Shown here one piece after another: positions 63,893-64,000 of a DNA stretch of 64,000 bases (position 1 is its first letter; each line of letters opens with the position of its first letter). The position numbers and the translations under genes are program-made. Below the pieces are notes generated by a model that searched no databases, had not been told where the DNA came from, and saw nothing but the letters and a program-made list of their open reading frames with translations. This stretch comes from Mobula hypostoma (Eukaryota), in NCBI RefSeq assembly GCF_963921235.1, contig NC_086109.1:7008001-7072000 (forward strand). The letters are read 5' to 3'.

Positions 63893-64000
63893 TCTAAGTA
63901 TCTGTCTGTCTATCTGTCTATCTGTCTCTGTCTCTGTCTCTCTCTGTCTGTCTGTCTATCTATGTATCTATCTGTCTGTCTATTTTTATGATTTATAGAT

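Overview
This is vertebrate genomic DNA, most likely from a cartilaginous fish such as a ray. That assignment is inferred from the repeat families alone. The window is intergenic or intronic and dense in transposons, and I can recognise no host protein-coding gene. The long ORFs I could identify belong to transposons or low-complexity repeats. Mobile elements include CR1 LINEs (one with an ORF2 a single nonsense codon from intact), Rex1/Babar, Tx1 and R4/Dong LINE fragments, and Penelope-like elements (PLEs). There are also V-SINEs, a young tRNA-Pro-like SINE, RTE-type non-autonomous elements, solo LTRs with internal minisatellites, and hAT and Tc1 MITEs. The two most interesting signals are RNA-level. 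First, a nearly complete HDV-like self-cleaving ribozyme fold sits at the 5' end of a non-coding retroposon (21063-21256), with an extra hairpin in loop L3. Second, there are many PLE terminal repeats carrying minimal hammerhead ribozyme motifs, several inserted as fold-back palindromes with 13-14 bp target-site duplications (TSDs). CpG-rich unique islands and one strong CTCF motif suggest regulatory DNA. All calls were made by eye; no database searches were run.
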